Origin: Minisyncoccota bacterium
Lineage (GTDB): Bacteria; Patescibacteriota; Minisyncoccia; Phycocordibacterales; JAACPR01
NCBI GenBank assembly: GCA_035327525.1
Contig: DAOLDC010000001.1
Location: 1-50,248 of the forward strand
Length of the DNA: 50,248 nucleotides
Reading direction: 5' to 3'
Shown: positions 1 to 7,682 of the stretch, in pieces
Layout of the letters: each line of letters starts with the position of its first letter
How positions within the stretch are numbered: position 1 is the stretch's first letter
Notes under the pieces: model-generated
Told to the model about the DNA's origin: nothing
The model's input: the letters and a program-made list of their open reading frames with translations, nothing else
The model's database searches: none
Translations under genes and position numbers: made by a program

Positions 1-8
1 TTTTTTCC

Positions 9-36
9 TTGACCTTTTGTAATTTATCTTTAATAT
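9..36 (+). promoter_or_regulatory. Sigma70-like promoter TTGACC-16nt-TAATAT upstream of the helicase gene
   Basis: TTGACC at 9-14 and TAATAT at 31-36. The flanks (TTTTCCTTGACCTTTT ... ATCTTTAATAT) are nearly identical to a second copy at 3089-3122. Confidence 0.5.
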
Positions 37-107
37 TAAATAAAAGAAAAACTTTTTTATCAAAATCTTTTTTATCAAAAATTTACTTATTCAAAACCTA
101 CTTACTT

Positions 108-1547
108 ATGACACAAAGCGAAGCACTAAATATTCTCAAAACCGGAGCAAATGTTTTTTTGACTGGTGAACCCGGAAGCGGAAAAACTCACACAATAAAC
201 GAATATATAAAATATCTGAATCAACACCATATTGATCCTGCCATTACTGCTTCGACTGGAATCGCGGCAACTCATATCGGTGGAATTACAATTCATTCAT
301 GGAGCGGTATCGGTATAAAAAATTCTTTGAACAAATACGATTTGGACAAAATTTCATCAACGGAATATGTCAGCAAGAGAATTCGTCGAACGCATGTTCT
401 AATTATTGATGAAGTCTCTATGTTATCTGGCAAAACTCTTTCAATGGTTGATGCTGTTTGTCGTGAAGTTAGGCAGGACAATAGTCCGTTTGGTGGATTA
501 CAAATAATTTTTGTTGGAGATTTTTTTCAATTACCGCCAATTATGAAAAATAATTCGTCTGGGAATAATTCGTCTGGAAATAATTCCTATGACAATAATT
601 CATCCGATAATTATTACGATAGTAATTTTGAAACAGAAGGTCGACAAAACCGATTGATAGACGAATTGCCCGACTCGCGTTTTGCTTGCGATTCGCCAGC
701 TTGGCAGAATGCAAAACCAGTCATCTGTTATTTGACAGAACAGTATCGTCAGGATGATTCAGTTTTTACTTCTATTCTTTCATCAATTCGCAAAAATAAT
801 TTTACAGAAGAACATCTGATTCATATCGAAAAAAGAAAAATTATTCACAGTAATGCACCAACCGGAATCCCAAAACTTTTTTCACATAACGTTGCAGTTG
901 ATCAGGTGAATGATGATACTTTGGAAAAAATAAATAGTGAGAAAAAATTTTTTGAAATGACAATGCATGGTCCGATGCCGTTGGTTACAGCATTGATAAA
1001 AGGTTGCTTGTCACCAGAAAAACTTGCCCTAAAAATTGGCGCGTCAGTAATGTTTACAAAAAATAATCCACGAGAAGGCTATATCAATGGCACACTTGGC
1101 ACTGTAACTGGTTTTTCTAGAACCAGTCTGCAACCATTAGTCAAAACCGTTCACGGCGCAACGATAGAAGCATCTCCGCTGGAATGGACAATAGAAGAGA
1201 ATGGATCTGTAAAAGCAAAAATAACTCAGCTACCACTGCGATTGGCTTGGGCGATTACTGTTCATAAAAGTCAGGGAATGAGTTTGGACGCAGCCGTTAT
1301 GGATTTATCAAAAGTATTTGAATATGGCCAAGGATATGTGGCATTGTCACGCGTTCGTCGATTGTCGGGTCTGCATTTGCTTGGTTGGAATTCTCGCGCT
1401 TTTCAAGTACATCCAGAAATTTTGGAAAAAGACGAATCGTTCAGATTTTTGTCAGATAATGCAGAAAATGAATTTGGAAAAATTTCAAAAAAAGAACTGT
1501 CAAAAATGCACAAAGATTTCATAAAGTTTTGCGGAGGCAAAAAATGA
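108..1547 (+). CDS. PIF1/RecD-like ATP-dependent DNA helicase (AAA_30 plus UvrD_C-type C-terminus)
   Basis: Walker A GEPGSGKT, Walker B LIIDEVSM, GDFFQLPP motif, C-terminal TVHKSQGMSLD and GYVALSRVR. The track ORF starts at TTG 9. ATG 108 (MTQSEALNIL) lies just before the conserved core and after the promoter. Confidence 0.85.
   Translation: MTQSEALNILKTGANVFLTGEPGSGKTHTINEYIKYLNQHHIDPAITASTGIAATHIGGITIHSWSGIGIKNSLNKYDLDKISSTEYVSKRIRRTHVLIIDEVSMLSGKTLSMVDAVCREVRQDNSPFGGLQIIFVGDFFQLPPIMKNNSSGNNSSGNNSYDNNSSDNYYDSNFETEGRQNRLIDELPDSRFACDSPAWQNAKPVICYLTEQYRQDDSVFTSILSSIRKNNFTEEHLIHIEKRKIIHSNAPTGIPKLFSHNVAVDQVNDDTLEKINSEKKFFEMTMHGPMPLVTALIKGCLSPEKLALKIGASVMFTKNNPREGYINGTLGTVTGFSRTSLQPLVKTVHGATIEASPLEWTIEENGSVKAKITQLPLRLAWAITVHKSQGMSLDAAVMDLSKVFEYGQGYVALSRVRRLSGLHLLGWNSRAFQVHPEILEKDESFRFLSDNAENEFGKISKKELSKMHKDFIKFCGGKK
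549..623. repeat. In-frame 15-bp tandem repeat x5 (degenerate) inside the helicase
   Basis: Units aataattcgtctggg / aataattcgtctgga / aataattcctatgac / aataattcatccgat / aattattacgatagt encode NNSSG NNSSG NNSYD NNSSD NYYDS. They sit directly after the GDFFQLPPI motif. Confidence 0.85.
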
Positions 1548-1584
1548 TTTTGTTTACAAATTTGTGACGCTCCAATTTTCTCGC

Positions 1585-1635
1585 GAATAATATTTGTGTG
1601 AATAATATTTGCGCGAACAATATCCGTGCTATAAT
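1585..1635 (+). promoter_or_regulatory. Three direct repeats (15-bp period) abutting an extended -10 box TGcTATAAT
   Basis: GAATAATATTTG at 1585-1596, GAATAATATTTG at 1600-1611, GAACAATATCCG at 1615-1626, then TGCTATAAT at 1627-1635. Confidence 0.5.
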
Positions 1636-1641
1636 TAGTGC

Positions 1642-1704
1642 ATGGGAAAAGGAGATCACAGAGAAAGAAAAGAAAAAAAGAAACCAAAAAAGTCAGCAAA
1701 GTAA
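1642..1704 (+). CDS. Candidate leaderless micro-ORF, 20 aa, MGKGDHRERKEKKKPKKSAK (possible ribosomal protein Thx-like peptide)
   Basis: ATG lies 6 nt after the -10 box. The MGKGD-R-R start resembles the MGKGDRRTRRGK N-terminus I recall for Thermus/Bacteroidetes Thx. Extremely basic. The stop TAA at 1702-1704 sits inside a hairpin. Absent from the ORF track because it is shorter than 60 aa. Confidence 0.35.
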   Translation: MGKGDHRERKEKKKPKKSAK

Positions 1705-1716
1705 AAGTGACTTTTT
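1688..1716 (+). terminator. Weak A/U-rich hairpin followed by a T run
   Basis: aaaagtca (1688-1695), 12-nt loop, tgactttt (1708-1715), then t. Only 4 strong pairs. Confidence 0.3.
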
Positions 1717-1730
1717 GATTGTTTCAATTT

Positions 1731-3020
1731 ATGAAAAAACAGAGTCAAAACTTTGATGTAATTATTATTGGTGGTGGCGCATCAGGAATGATGGCTGCTG
1801 GCGTCGCCGGACAGAATGGCGCAAAAGTTTTGCTATTAGAAAAAAATCCGAAGCTAGGTGAAAAATTAAAAATAACAGGCGGTGGCAGGTGTAATATTAC
1901 AAATGCCGAATTTGATAATCGAGTTCTACTAAAAAAATATGGCGAAGGCGAGCAGTTTTTTTATTCTGCATTTGACCAGTTCGGTGTAAAAGATACTTTT
2001 GAATTTTTTGAGTCAAAAAAATTACCAATAATCGTTGAAGCTTCAAAAAGAGCTTTTCCGGCATCACAAAAAGCGCTTGACGTTTTTCTTGTATTAGAAA
2101 AAGTTTTGAAAGACAATAATGTGGTTATCAAAAGTAATTCAAAAATCATTTCTATAAATTCTGATGGCAACAAAATTTCCTCAGTTACAGATTCTGATGG
2201 TACAAATTATGTGGCAAATAATTATATTCTCGCAACCGGCGGACAGTCTCATCCCGAAACTGGATCAACAGGCGACGGATTTTTTTGGCTAAAAAAACTT
2301 GGACATACTGTCGTTGCGCCAACTCCGTCAATTGTTCCGCTTTCTGTCAAAGAGAAATGGGCAACATCACTATCCGGTAACAGTTTGGAATTTGTCCGAA
2401 TCGACTTCTATGTAAATGGTCAAAAAAAGTTCAAGAAAAAAGGCAAAATACTTTTTACCCATTTTGGAATATCTGGTCCTATGATTTTGAATAGTGCAAA
2501 AAAAGTTGATGATTTATTACACGAAGGAATTGTAACTGCAACTATTGATATGTATCCAGAATTGGATCATGGCGCACTAGAGCAAAAAATCATAAAAATT
2601 TTTGACTCAAACAAAAACAAAATGTTAAAAAATATTTTTTCAGAAATTGTAGAGCCTGGCACAAAAGATGTAATACTTTCTCTTTTACCAAAAATCGATT
2701 CTGCAAAAAAAGTTCACAGTGTAACAAAAGAGGAACGCAAACAAATCGTTTTTTTATTGAAAAATTTGCCACTGACTATCAACGGCTTGATGGGTTTTGA
2801 TAGAGCAGTCGTAGCGGATGGCGGAGTAGTTTTGACAGAAATTGACACAAAAACAATGAGATCAAAATTATTCAAAAACTTATTTATTACTGGCGATTTA
2901 CTGCATGTCAACAGAATGTCTGGTGGATATTCATTGCAATTATGTTGGACGACTGGTTTTGTTGCAGGAAAAAATGCGGTAATGAACTCTGATAATAGCG
3001 TGGCGGGAAATGCGAGCTAA
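1731..3020 (+). CDS. NAD(P)/FAD-dependent oxidoreductase, HI0933/YhiN (BaiN-like) flavoprotein family
   Basis: DVIIIGGGASGMMAAG dinucleotide fold, then KLKITGGGRCNITN and C-terminal ITGDLLHV...GGYSLQ, typical of HI0933-like proteins. ATG 1731 preferred over the track TTG 1719. Confidence 0.85.
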   Translation: MKKQSQNFDVIIIGGGASGMMAAGVAGQNGAKVLLLEKNPKLGEKLKITGGGRCNITNAEFDNRVLLKKYGEGEQFFYSAFDQFGVKDTFEFFESKKLPIIVEASKRAFPASQKALDVFLVLEKVLKDNNVVIKSNSKIISINSDGNKISSVTDSDGTNYVANNYILATGGQSHPETGSTGDGFFWLKKLGHTVVAPTPSIVPLSVKEKWATSLSGNSLEFVRIDFYVNGQKKFKKKGKILFTHFGISGPMILNSAKKVDDLLHEGIVTATIDMYPELDHGALEQKIIKIFDSNKNKMLKNIFSEIVEPGTKDVILSLLPKIDSAKKVHSVTKEERKQIVFLLKNLPLTINGLMGFDRAVVADGGVVLTEIDTKTMRSKLFKNLFITGDLLHVNRMSGGYSLQLCWTTGFVAGKNAVMNSDNSVAGNAS

Positions 3021-3094
3021 CAAATGAGCAATAGACAAGCTGGCAACCACACCGATCAATAATTGAATCGACAACGTAGCCAACATTGTTTTCC

Positions 3095-3122
3095 TTGACC
3101 TTTTTCGATATATCTTTAATAT
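3095..3122 (+). promoter_or_regulatory. Sigma70-like promoter TTGACC-16nt-TAATAT upstream of the DAHP synthase gene
   Basis: TTGACC at 3095-3100 and TAATAT at 3117-3122. Near-identical to the element at 3-36. Confidence 0.5.
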
Positions 3123-3163
3123 GTAAAACAAAGAGTGATCTTTCAAGAAAGGAAGTTATAATA

Positions 3164-4222
3164 ATGAATGGTGATAATAAAATAGAAGCAACTGACGTGA
3201 ACATCAAATCAATAACAAAAATGCCGACACCGGATGAACTAAAGGAAATGTATCCGCTTTCGCAGGAGGTTTTTGAAAAAGTTGTATACTCTTCAAGGGA
3301 AGCAATCAAATCAATCATCTCCGGTGAGGACAAAAGATTCTTGGTATTTGTTGGTCCATGTTCTATTCATAATGTTGAAGAGGCATATGAATATGCAAAA
3401 CGACTGAAAAACCTGCAGGCCGTCTTTGGCGACAAGATTTTGATTGTGATGCGCGTCTGTTTGGACAAACCTCGCTCTGGTCGTGGCTGGGCTGGATTCT
3501 TTCAGGATCCAGGACTCAATCAGTCCAGAAACATTGATGAGGGCTGGAAAAAAGGTCGGGAACTTTTGATAAAAATTCTTGAGCTTGGTATTCCAGTATC
3601 GATGGAACTGTTGGATGCTGATGCTTGTCAAAACGTCGATGACTGCATTTCTTATTGGTGGATTGGTGCCAGAACGGTCACATCACAACGCCTGCGAGAA
3701 ATCGCAAGCGGCTTGTCGACACCGGTCGGCTTCAAAAATCCAACAAACGGCAAAATTGCTGATGCGATCGATGCAATGGAAACCGCATGGCACGAAGCCG
3801 CATTTATTGCGACCAGTGGCAACGGTAATCGTTGCGAGTATCGCACATACGGCAACAAATACAGCAACCTGATTCTTCGCGGATCGGACAGTGGCCCAAA
3901 TTATGGACCAGAACATGTTGCTGATGCGGTTGCCAAATTGGTACATCGCAATCTGCCAAGTCGAATTCTAATCGACGTCTCGCATGCCAATTCCGGCAAA
4001 GATTATCGCAAACAACGCGAAGTTATTGCTGATATTGGAAAGAGGGTTGCTGCTGGCGAAAGTTATATCGCAGGCTTTCTCTACGAAAGCTATTTGGAGG
4101 AAGGCAACCAGAAATTGCCAAAAAATGTTTCTGATATCAAGCCAAACATATCAGTAACGGATGGTTGTGATAGTTTCGAAACTACACAACAACAACTACA
4201 ATCTCTCTACGAGATTTTGTAA
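3164..4222 (+). CDS. aroG: 3-deoxy-7-phosphoheptulonate (DAHP) synthase, class I (AroF/G/H type)
   Basis: Collinear by eye with E. coli AroG: VGPCSIH, MRVCLDKPRS..GW.G, IGARTVTSQ, GLSTPVGFKN, ILRG, IDVSHANS, ESYLEEGNQ, SVTDGC. ATG 3164 is preceded by aaaggaag. The track TTG 3086 overlaps the promoter. Confidence 0.9.
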   Translation: MNGDNKIEATDVNIKSITKMPTPDELKEMYPLSQEVFEKVVYSSREAIKSIISGEDKRFLVFVGPCSIHNVEEAYEYAKRLKNLQAVFGDKILIVMRVCLDKPRSGRGWAGFFQDPGLNQSRNIDEGWKKGRELLIKILELGIPVSMELLDADACQNVDDCISYWWIGARTVTSQRLREIASGLSTPVGFKNPTNGKIADAIDAMETAWHEAAFIATSGNGNRCEYRTYGNKYSNLILRGSDSGPNYGPEHVADAVAKLVHRNLPSRILIDVSHANSGKDYRKQREVIADIGKRVAAGESYIAGFLYESYLEEGNQKLPKNVSDIKPNISVTDGCDSFETTQQQLQSLYEIL

Positions 4223-4264
4223 AAATCAGTTTCCTCAACTGATTTACGATCACCGATCAACTTG

Positions 4265-4290
4265 ACCCGCGTGCAATGCGCGGGTTTTTT
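4265..4290 (+). terminator. Rho-independent terminator after the DAHP synthase gene
   Basis: acccgcg (4265-4271), loop tgcaatg, cgcgggt (4279-4285), followed by ttttt. Confidence 0.8.
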
Positions 4291-4334
4291 CTTTGTTTTT
4301 AATTTATAATTATGTATTATGAAGCTTGAAATAT

Positions 4335-5159
4335 ATGAATAATAATAAAGACAAAAATAACGACACAACGTGGGGAAAAGTTGCTAATTGGTATGATGGA
4401 TATTTGAATGATCCAGATTCATATCAAGCAAAAGTAATTTATCCAAATTTGTTTCGTCTTTTGAATTTGAAAACTTCTGATTCTGTCCTAGAAATTGGTT
4501 GCGGGCAAGGATATTTTTTGAATAAATTTTATTCACATGCAAAAAATTTGACCGGTATAGATATTGGTCAGGAACTGATCGATATTGCAAAGAGTAAAAA
4601 TAAAAATATAAATTATATAGTTTGTAGCGCAGACGATGAAAACATTTTGCCGGAAAAAAGTTTTGATATTATAACTATTATTTTGGCGTTACAAAATATA
4701 AAAAATCTAGATGCGGTTTCAAAAAATGTTTCCAGGCTTTTGAAAAAAGATGGTAGAGCATATATTGTTCTAAATCATCCAACATTCAGAATCCCGCAAC
4801 ATAGCGACTGGGGTTTTGATGAAAAGAAAAAAAATCAATATCGAAAAATTGATGCCTATCTCAGCCAATTGGAAATTCATATTGATATGAATCCTGGCGC
4901 TGAATTTTTGGCTTCAAATTCTGCAAGCAGAAGAACAACAAAATTTCTGGATAAAAAACAATTTACAAAATCATTTCATAGATCACTACAAGTCTATTCA
5001 AAATCTTTTGTCAAAAATAATTTGGTAATTTCAAAGATTGAGGAATGGATTTCCCACAAAAAAAGCAAATCAGGTGCGCGTGCTGATGCTGAAGATTTGG
5101 CTCGCAAAGAAATCCCAATGTTTATGTGTCTTGAACTAAAAAAATATGAAATTTTATGA
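4335..5159 (+). CDS. Class I SAM-dependent methyltransferase
   Basis: Motif I VLEIGCGQGYF, a post-I acidic residue (GIDIG) and LKKDGRAYIV motif. Substrate unknown. ATG 4335 preferred over TTG 4326. Confidence 0.7.
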   Translation: MNNNKDKNNDTTWGKVANWYDGYLNDPDSYQAKVIYPNLFRLLNLKTSDSVLEIGCGQGYFLNKFYSHAKNLTGIDIGQELIDIAKSKNKNINYIVCSADDENILPEKSFDIITIILALQNIKNLDAVSKNVSRLLKKDGRAYIVLNHPTFRIPQHSDWGFDEKKKNQYRKIDAYLSQLEIHIDMNPGAEFLASNSASRRTTKFLDKKQFTKSFHRSLQVYSKSFVKNNLVISKIEEWISHKKSKSGARADAEDLARKEIPMFMCLELKKYEIL

Positions 5160-5541
5160 TGTCAAATTGTGGAAGAGGAAATACATTGATCTGTGGACAA
5201 TTCCACATTTCTTGATCGGAGTTATTTTTGCTTTTGTTGCAATAATAGAAAATTTTTCAGTATTTAATAGTTTTTATTTATTGGTTGCGTTGGCGGTTTT
5301 GTGGGAACTATTTGAGGTCAAATATAATTTGACGGAACCATTTACAAATAGAATTGTGGATGTTTTTGCCTCTATAACTGGATTTTATTTTGCGGTAGTG
5401 TTGATTGATTATTTTGACCCGCAAGGCGATTTATTCAGAAACATATTATATTTTTTGATGATTATCTATGTTGTTAGCAATATTATTGGTTGGTTATGCA
5501 AACATCTACGAGATTCAAAAGGAGGAGACAATTCACTCTAA
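5146..5541 (+). CDS. Hypothetical integral membrane protein (about 4 TM segments)
   Basis: Hydrophobic segments throughout. Overlaps the methyltransferase stop by 14 nt (translationally coupled layout). No recognisable motif. Confidence 0.5.
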   Translation: MKFYDVKLWKRKYIDLWTIPHFLIGVIFAFVAIIENFSVFNSFYLLVALAVLWELFEVKYNLTEPFTNRIVDVFASITGFYFAVVLIDYFDPQGDLFRNILYFLMIIYVVSNIIGWLCKHLRDSKGGDNSL

Positions 5542-5568
5542 ATTCGCCCTAATTTTGCCCTAAAATTA
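5536..5568. repeat. 3 x 11-bp tandem repeat that begins on the stop codon of the preceding gene
   Basis: ctctaaattcg / ccctaattttg / ccctaaaatta. The first unit contains TAA 5539-5541. Confidence 0.7.
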
Positions 5569-5625
5569 TTATAAACTTATTCTAAAATTTTCTATTGCTT
5601 TTTGTTATGCTATAATTTAATAATT

Positions 5626-6078
5626 ATGACAATTCAAGAAAAAATAAAAGAAGATATAAAATCCGCAATGAAGGCACGGGACGAAGTTCGACTTTCTGTT
5701 TTGAGAGGACTTTCTGCAAGTTTTATAAATGAGTTAGTAACACTCAAGAGAACTCCGCAGGACAAATTATCAGATGAGGAAGCATTAAAAGTAATAACTA
5801 GGGCGTCAAAACAGAGAAAAGATTCAATAGAACAATTCGAAAAAGGTGGTAGACCAGAATTGGCTGAATCGGAAAAGTCCGAGCTAAAAATTATAGAAGA
5901 ATTTCTACCAACACTGATGTCTGAACAGGATATTCGTGCATATGTTTTGGCAAAAAAAGACGAAATGGGCATAAATTCAAAAGAGCAATTTGGACAATTT
6001 ATGGGAGCAGTAATGTCTGGGTTAAAAGGCAAGGCTGACGGTGGATTGGTCAAAAAAATAATAGAAGAAAGTTTGTAA
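5626..6078 (+). CDS. yqeY: GatB/YqeY domain-containing protein
   Basis: IKEDIKSAMKARDEVRLSVLRGL and the ...RKDSIEQFEKGGRPELAESEKSEL pattern typical of YqeY. TGcTATAAT at 5608-5616. Confidence 0.8.
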   Translation: MTIQEKIKEDIKSAMKARDEVRLSVLRGLSASFINELVTLKRTPQDKLSDEEALKVITRASKQRKDSIEQFEKGGRPELAESEKSELKIIEEFLPTLMSEQDIRAYVLAKKDEMGINSKEQFGQFMGAVMSGLKGKADGGLVKKIIEESL

Positions 6079-6101
6079 TTGATTTTTTAAAATAAACAAA
6101 A

Positions 6102-7157
6102 ATGGAAATAATTTTGATAATACTGATTGCTGTTCTAGTAATAATTAACGTTGCTATCGTTTTTTTGTTTATTCGAAAAAAAGAAACTCCGAAAGATGAG
6201 GGCAGTATGCAATTATTATTGCAACATTTAAACGACCTGAATCGCACAGTGGATCAAAAAATCAGTGAATCTGGCAAGGAAATGCGTCAATCTATTCAAC
6301 ATCAGACCAGTGAATCCCAAAAAATAATTAGAGATGTTACTGAACGCCTGACAAAATTGGATGAAACAAATCGACAAGTTCTAGGATTTTCTGATCAATT
6401 GAAAAAACTCCAAGACACTCTAACCAATCCCAAACAGCGCGGAATTCTGGGTGAGTATTTTCTGGAAGAAACTCTCAAAAATGTTTTGCCACCAAATTCC
6501 TATCAAATGCAATATAAATTCACAAATGGTGAGATTGTCGACGCGGTAGTTTTTGTTAAAGAAAAAATTATTCCAATTGACTCAAAATTTTCTCTAGAAA
6601 ATTATCAGAGATTGATAGAAGAAACAGATCCAATTCGTCGCGAAGAAATTCAAAAACTTTTCAAAGAAGATCTGAAGCGTCGAATAGATGAAACTGCAAA
6701 ATATGTTCGACCGAACGAGAATACGATGGACTTTGCCTTTATGTTTATCCCTTCGGAATCTATTTATTATGATTTACTAATTAACAAAATCGGCACCACA
6801 AAAGTCTCTACCAGAGATTTGATCGAATACGCTTTCAAAGAAAAAAAAGTTGTAATTGTTTCGCCAACTAGTTTTTTGGCTTATTTGCAAACTGTTTTGC
6901 AAGGTTTACGAGCAATGCAAATCGAAGAGTCAGCAAAAGGTATTCGCAAAAAAGTCGAAAGTCTAGCAAAACATATTCTGAGCTATGATGATTATCTAAA
7001 AAAATTGGGAGGTCATTTGTCTACAACAGTAAATACCTACAATACTGCCTACAAAGAGTTCAAAAAAATTGATAAAGATGTGGTAAAAATTACCGACAAG
7101 GGTGGTGAGATAGAAGTATTAGAAATTGCCAAACCAGAATCAGATCAAATCGATTAG
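6102..7157 (+). CDS. rmuC: DNA recombination protein RmuC
   Basis: N-terminal TM, long coiled coil, then the RmuC core (NPKQRGILGE, VDAVVF..IPIDSKF, DFAFMFIPSESIYYD, IVSPTSFLAYLQTV). Confidence 0.85.
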   Translation: MEIILIILIAVLVIINVAIVFLFIRKKETPKDEGSMQLLLQHLNDLNRTVDQKISESGKEMRQSIQHQTSESQKIIRDVTERLTKLDETNRQVLGFSDQLKKLQDTLTNPKQRGILGEYFLEETLKNVLPPNSYQMQYKFTNGEIVDAVVFVKEKIIPIDSKFSLENYQRLIEETDPIRREEIQKLFKEDLKRRIDETAKYVRPNENTMDFAFMFIPSESIYYDLLINKIGTTKVSTRDLIEYAFKEKKVVIVSPTSFLAYLQTVLQGLRAMQIEESAKGIRKKVESLAKHILSYDDYLKKLGGHLSTTVNTYNTAYKEFKKIDKDVVKITDKGGEIEVLEIAKPESDQID

Positions 7158-7160
7158 GCC

Positions 7161-7189
7161 TTGCAAAAACTACATATTTCGTGTAATAT
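7161..7189 (+). promoter_or_regulatory. Promoter TTGCAA-17nt-TAATAT for rplU
   Basis: TTGCAA at 7161-7166 and TAATAT at 7184-7189, 18 nt before ATG 7208. Confidence 0.5.
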
Positions 7190-7207
7190 TCTAATTTACA
7201 AATTCAC

Positions 7208-7558
7208 ATGGAAAAAACAACCAAAAAAACAACTGCCACTGACAAATTAGCCGTTATTAGAACTGGTGGCAAACAATACGTCGTAAAAGAGGGCGATATC
7301 CTGAAAATCGAAAAATTAGATGCAAAAAATGTTTCAAAAGACAAAAAAATAATCTTTTCTGATGTCTTGATGGTGTCTGATTCTGAAAAAACAGAAATTG
7401 GAACTCCAAACGTAAAGTCAGAAGTTACTGCCGAACTAATCGAAGAAGGTCGCAACAAAAAAGTTGTTGTAATTCACTATCGCGCAAAATCTCGCCATTT
7501 CAAAAAAGCTGGTCACAGACAACCATTCATGAAGATCAAGGTTACAAAAATCGCCTAA
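7208..7558 (+). CDS. rplU: 50S ribosomal protein L21
   Basis: AVIRTGGKQYVVKEGDILKIEKL and VVVIHYRAKSRHFKKAGHRQPF. Has a short N-terminal T/K-rich extension. Confidence 0.95.
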   Translation: MEKTTKKTTATDKLAVIRTGGKQYVVKEGDILKIEKLDAKNVSKDKKIIFSDVLMVSDSEKTEIGTPNVKSEVTAELIEEGRNKKVVVIHYRAKSRHFKKAGHRQPFMKIKVTKIA

Positions 7559-7600
7559 ATTCTGAGATCGCCAAAATCCTGGAATCGCTCAAATTCCGAA
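7550..7600. repeat. 3 x 17-bp tandem repeat starting on the last codons and stop of rplU
   Basis: atcgcctaaattctgag / atcgccaaaatcctgga / atcgctcaaattccgaa. Confidence 0.75.
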
Positions 7601-7617
7601 AAACTTCTCCACAAAAT

Positions 7618-7640
7618 ACCGACAGAAAAGTCGGTTTTTT
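7618..7640 (+). terminator. Rho-independent terminator after rplU
   Basis: accgac, loop agaaaa, gtcggt, then a T run. Confidence 0.75.
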
Positions 7641-7682
7641 AATTTGAATTCTGTTATAATATATTCAAAGTAAATTTTTTAT

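Noticed and set aside
9-107. N-terminal extensions proposed by the ORF track from TTG or other upstream starts (9, 1719, 3086, 4326, 5602, 18786, 29996, 30348, 30768, 34234, 39947, 46530, 48488).
   Set aside because: The extensions overlap upstream genes or the gene's own promoter boxes and encode non-conserved junk. An ATG at the start of the conserved region, usually just downstream of a TATAAT-like box, is the more plausible start.
1545-1547. Possibility of an alternative genetic code (UGA recoded, as in some candidate phyla).
   Set aside because: TGA terminates the helicase and the methyltransferase (5157-5159) at sensible protein ends. All conserved genes are full length without in-frame TGA, so the standard code 11 fits.
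3-3122. The two 34-bp repeats at 3-36 and 3089-3122 as termini of a mobile element carrying the helicase and flavoprotein genes.
   Set aside because: They are direct rather than inverted repeats. Each is positioned and oriented exactly as a promoter for the gene that follows, and no transposase, integrase or target-site duplication is visible.
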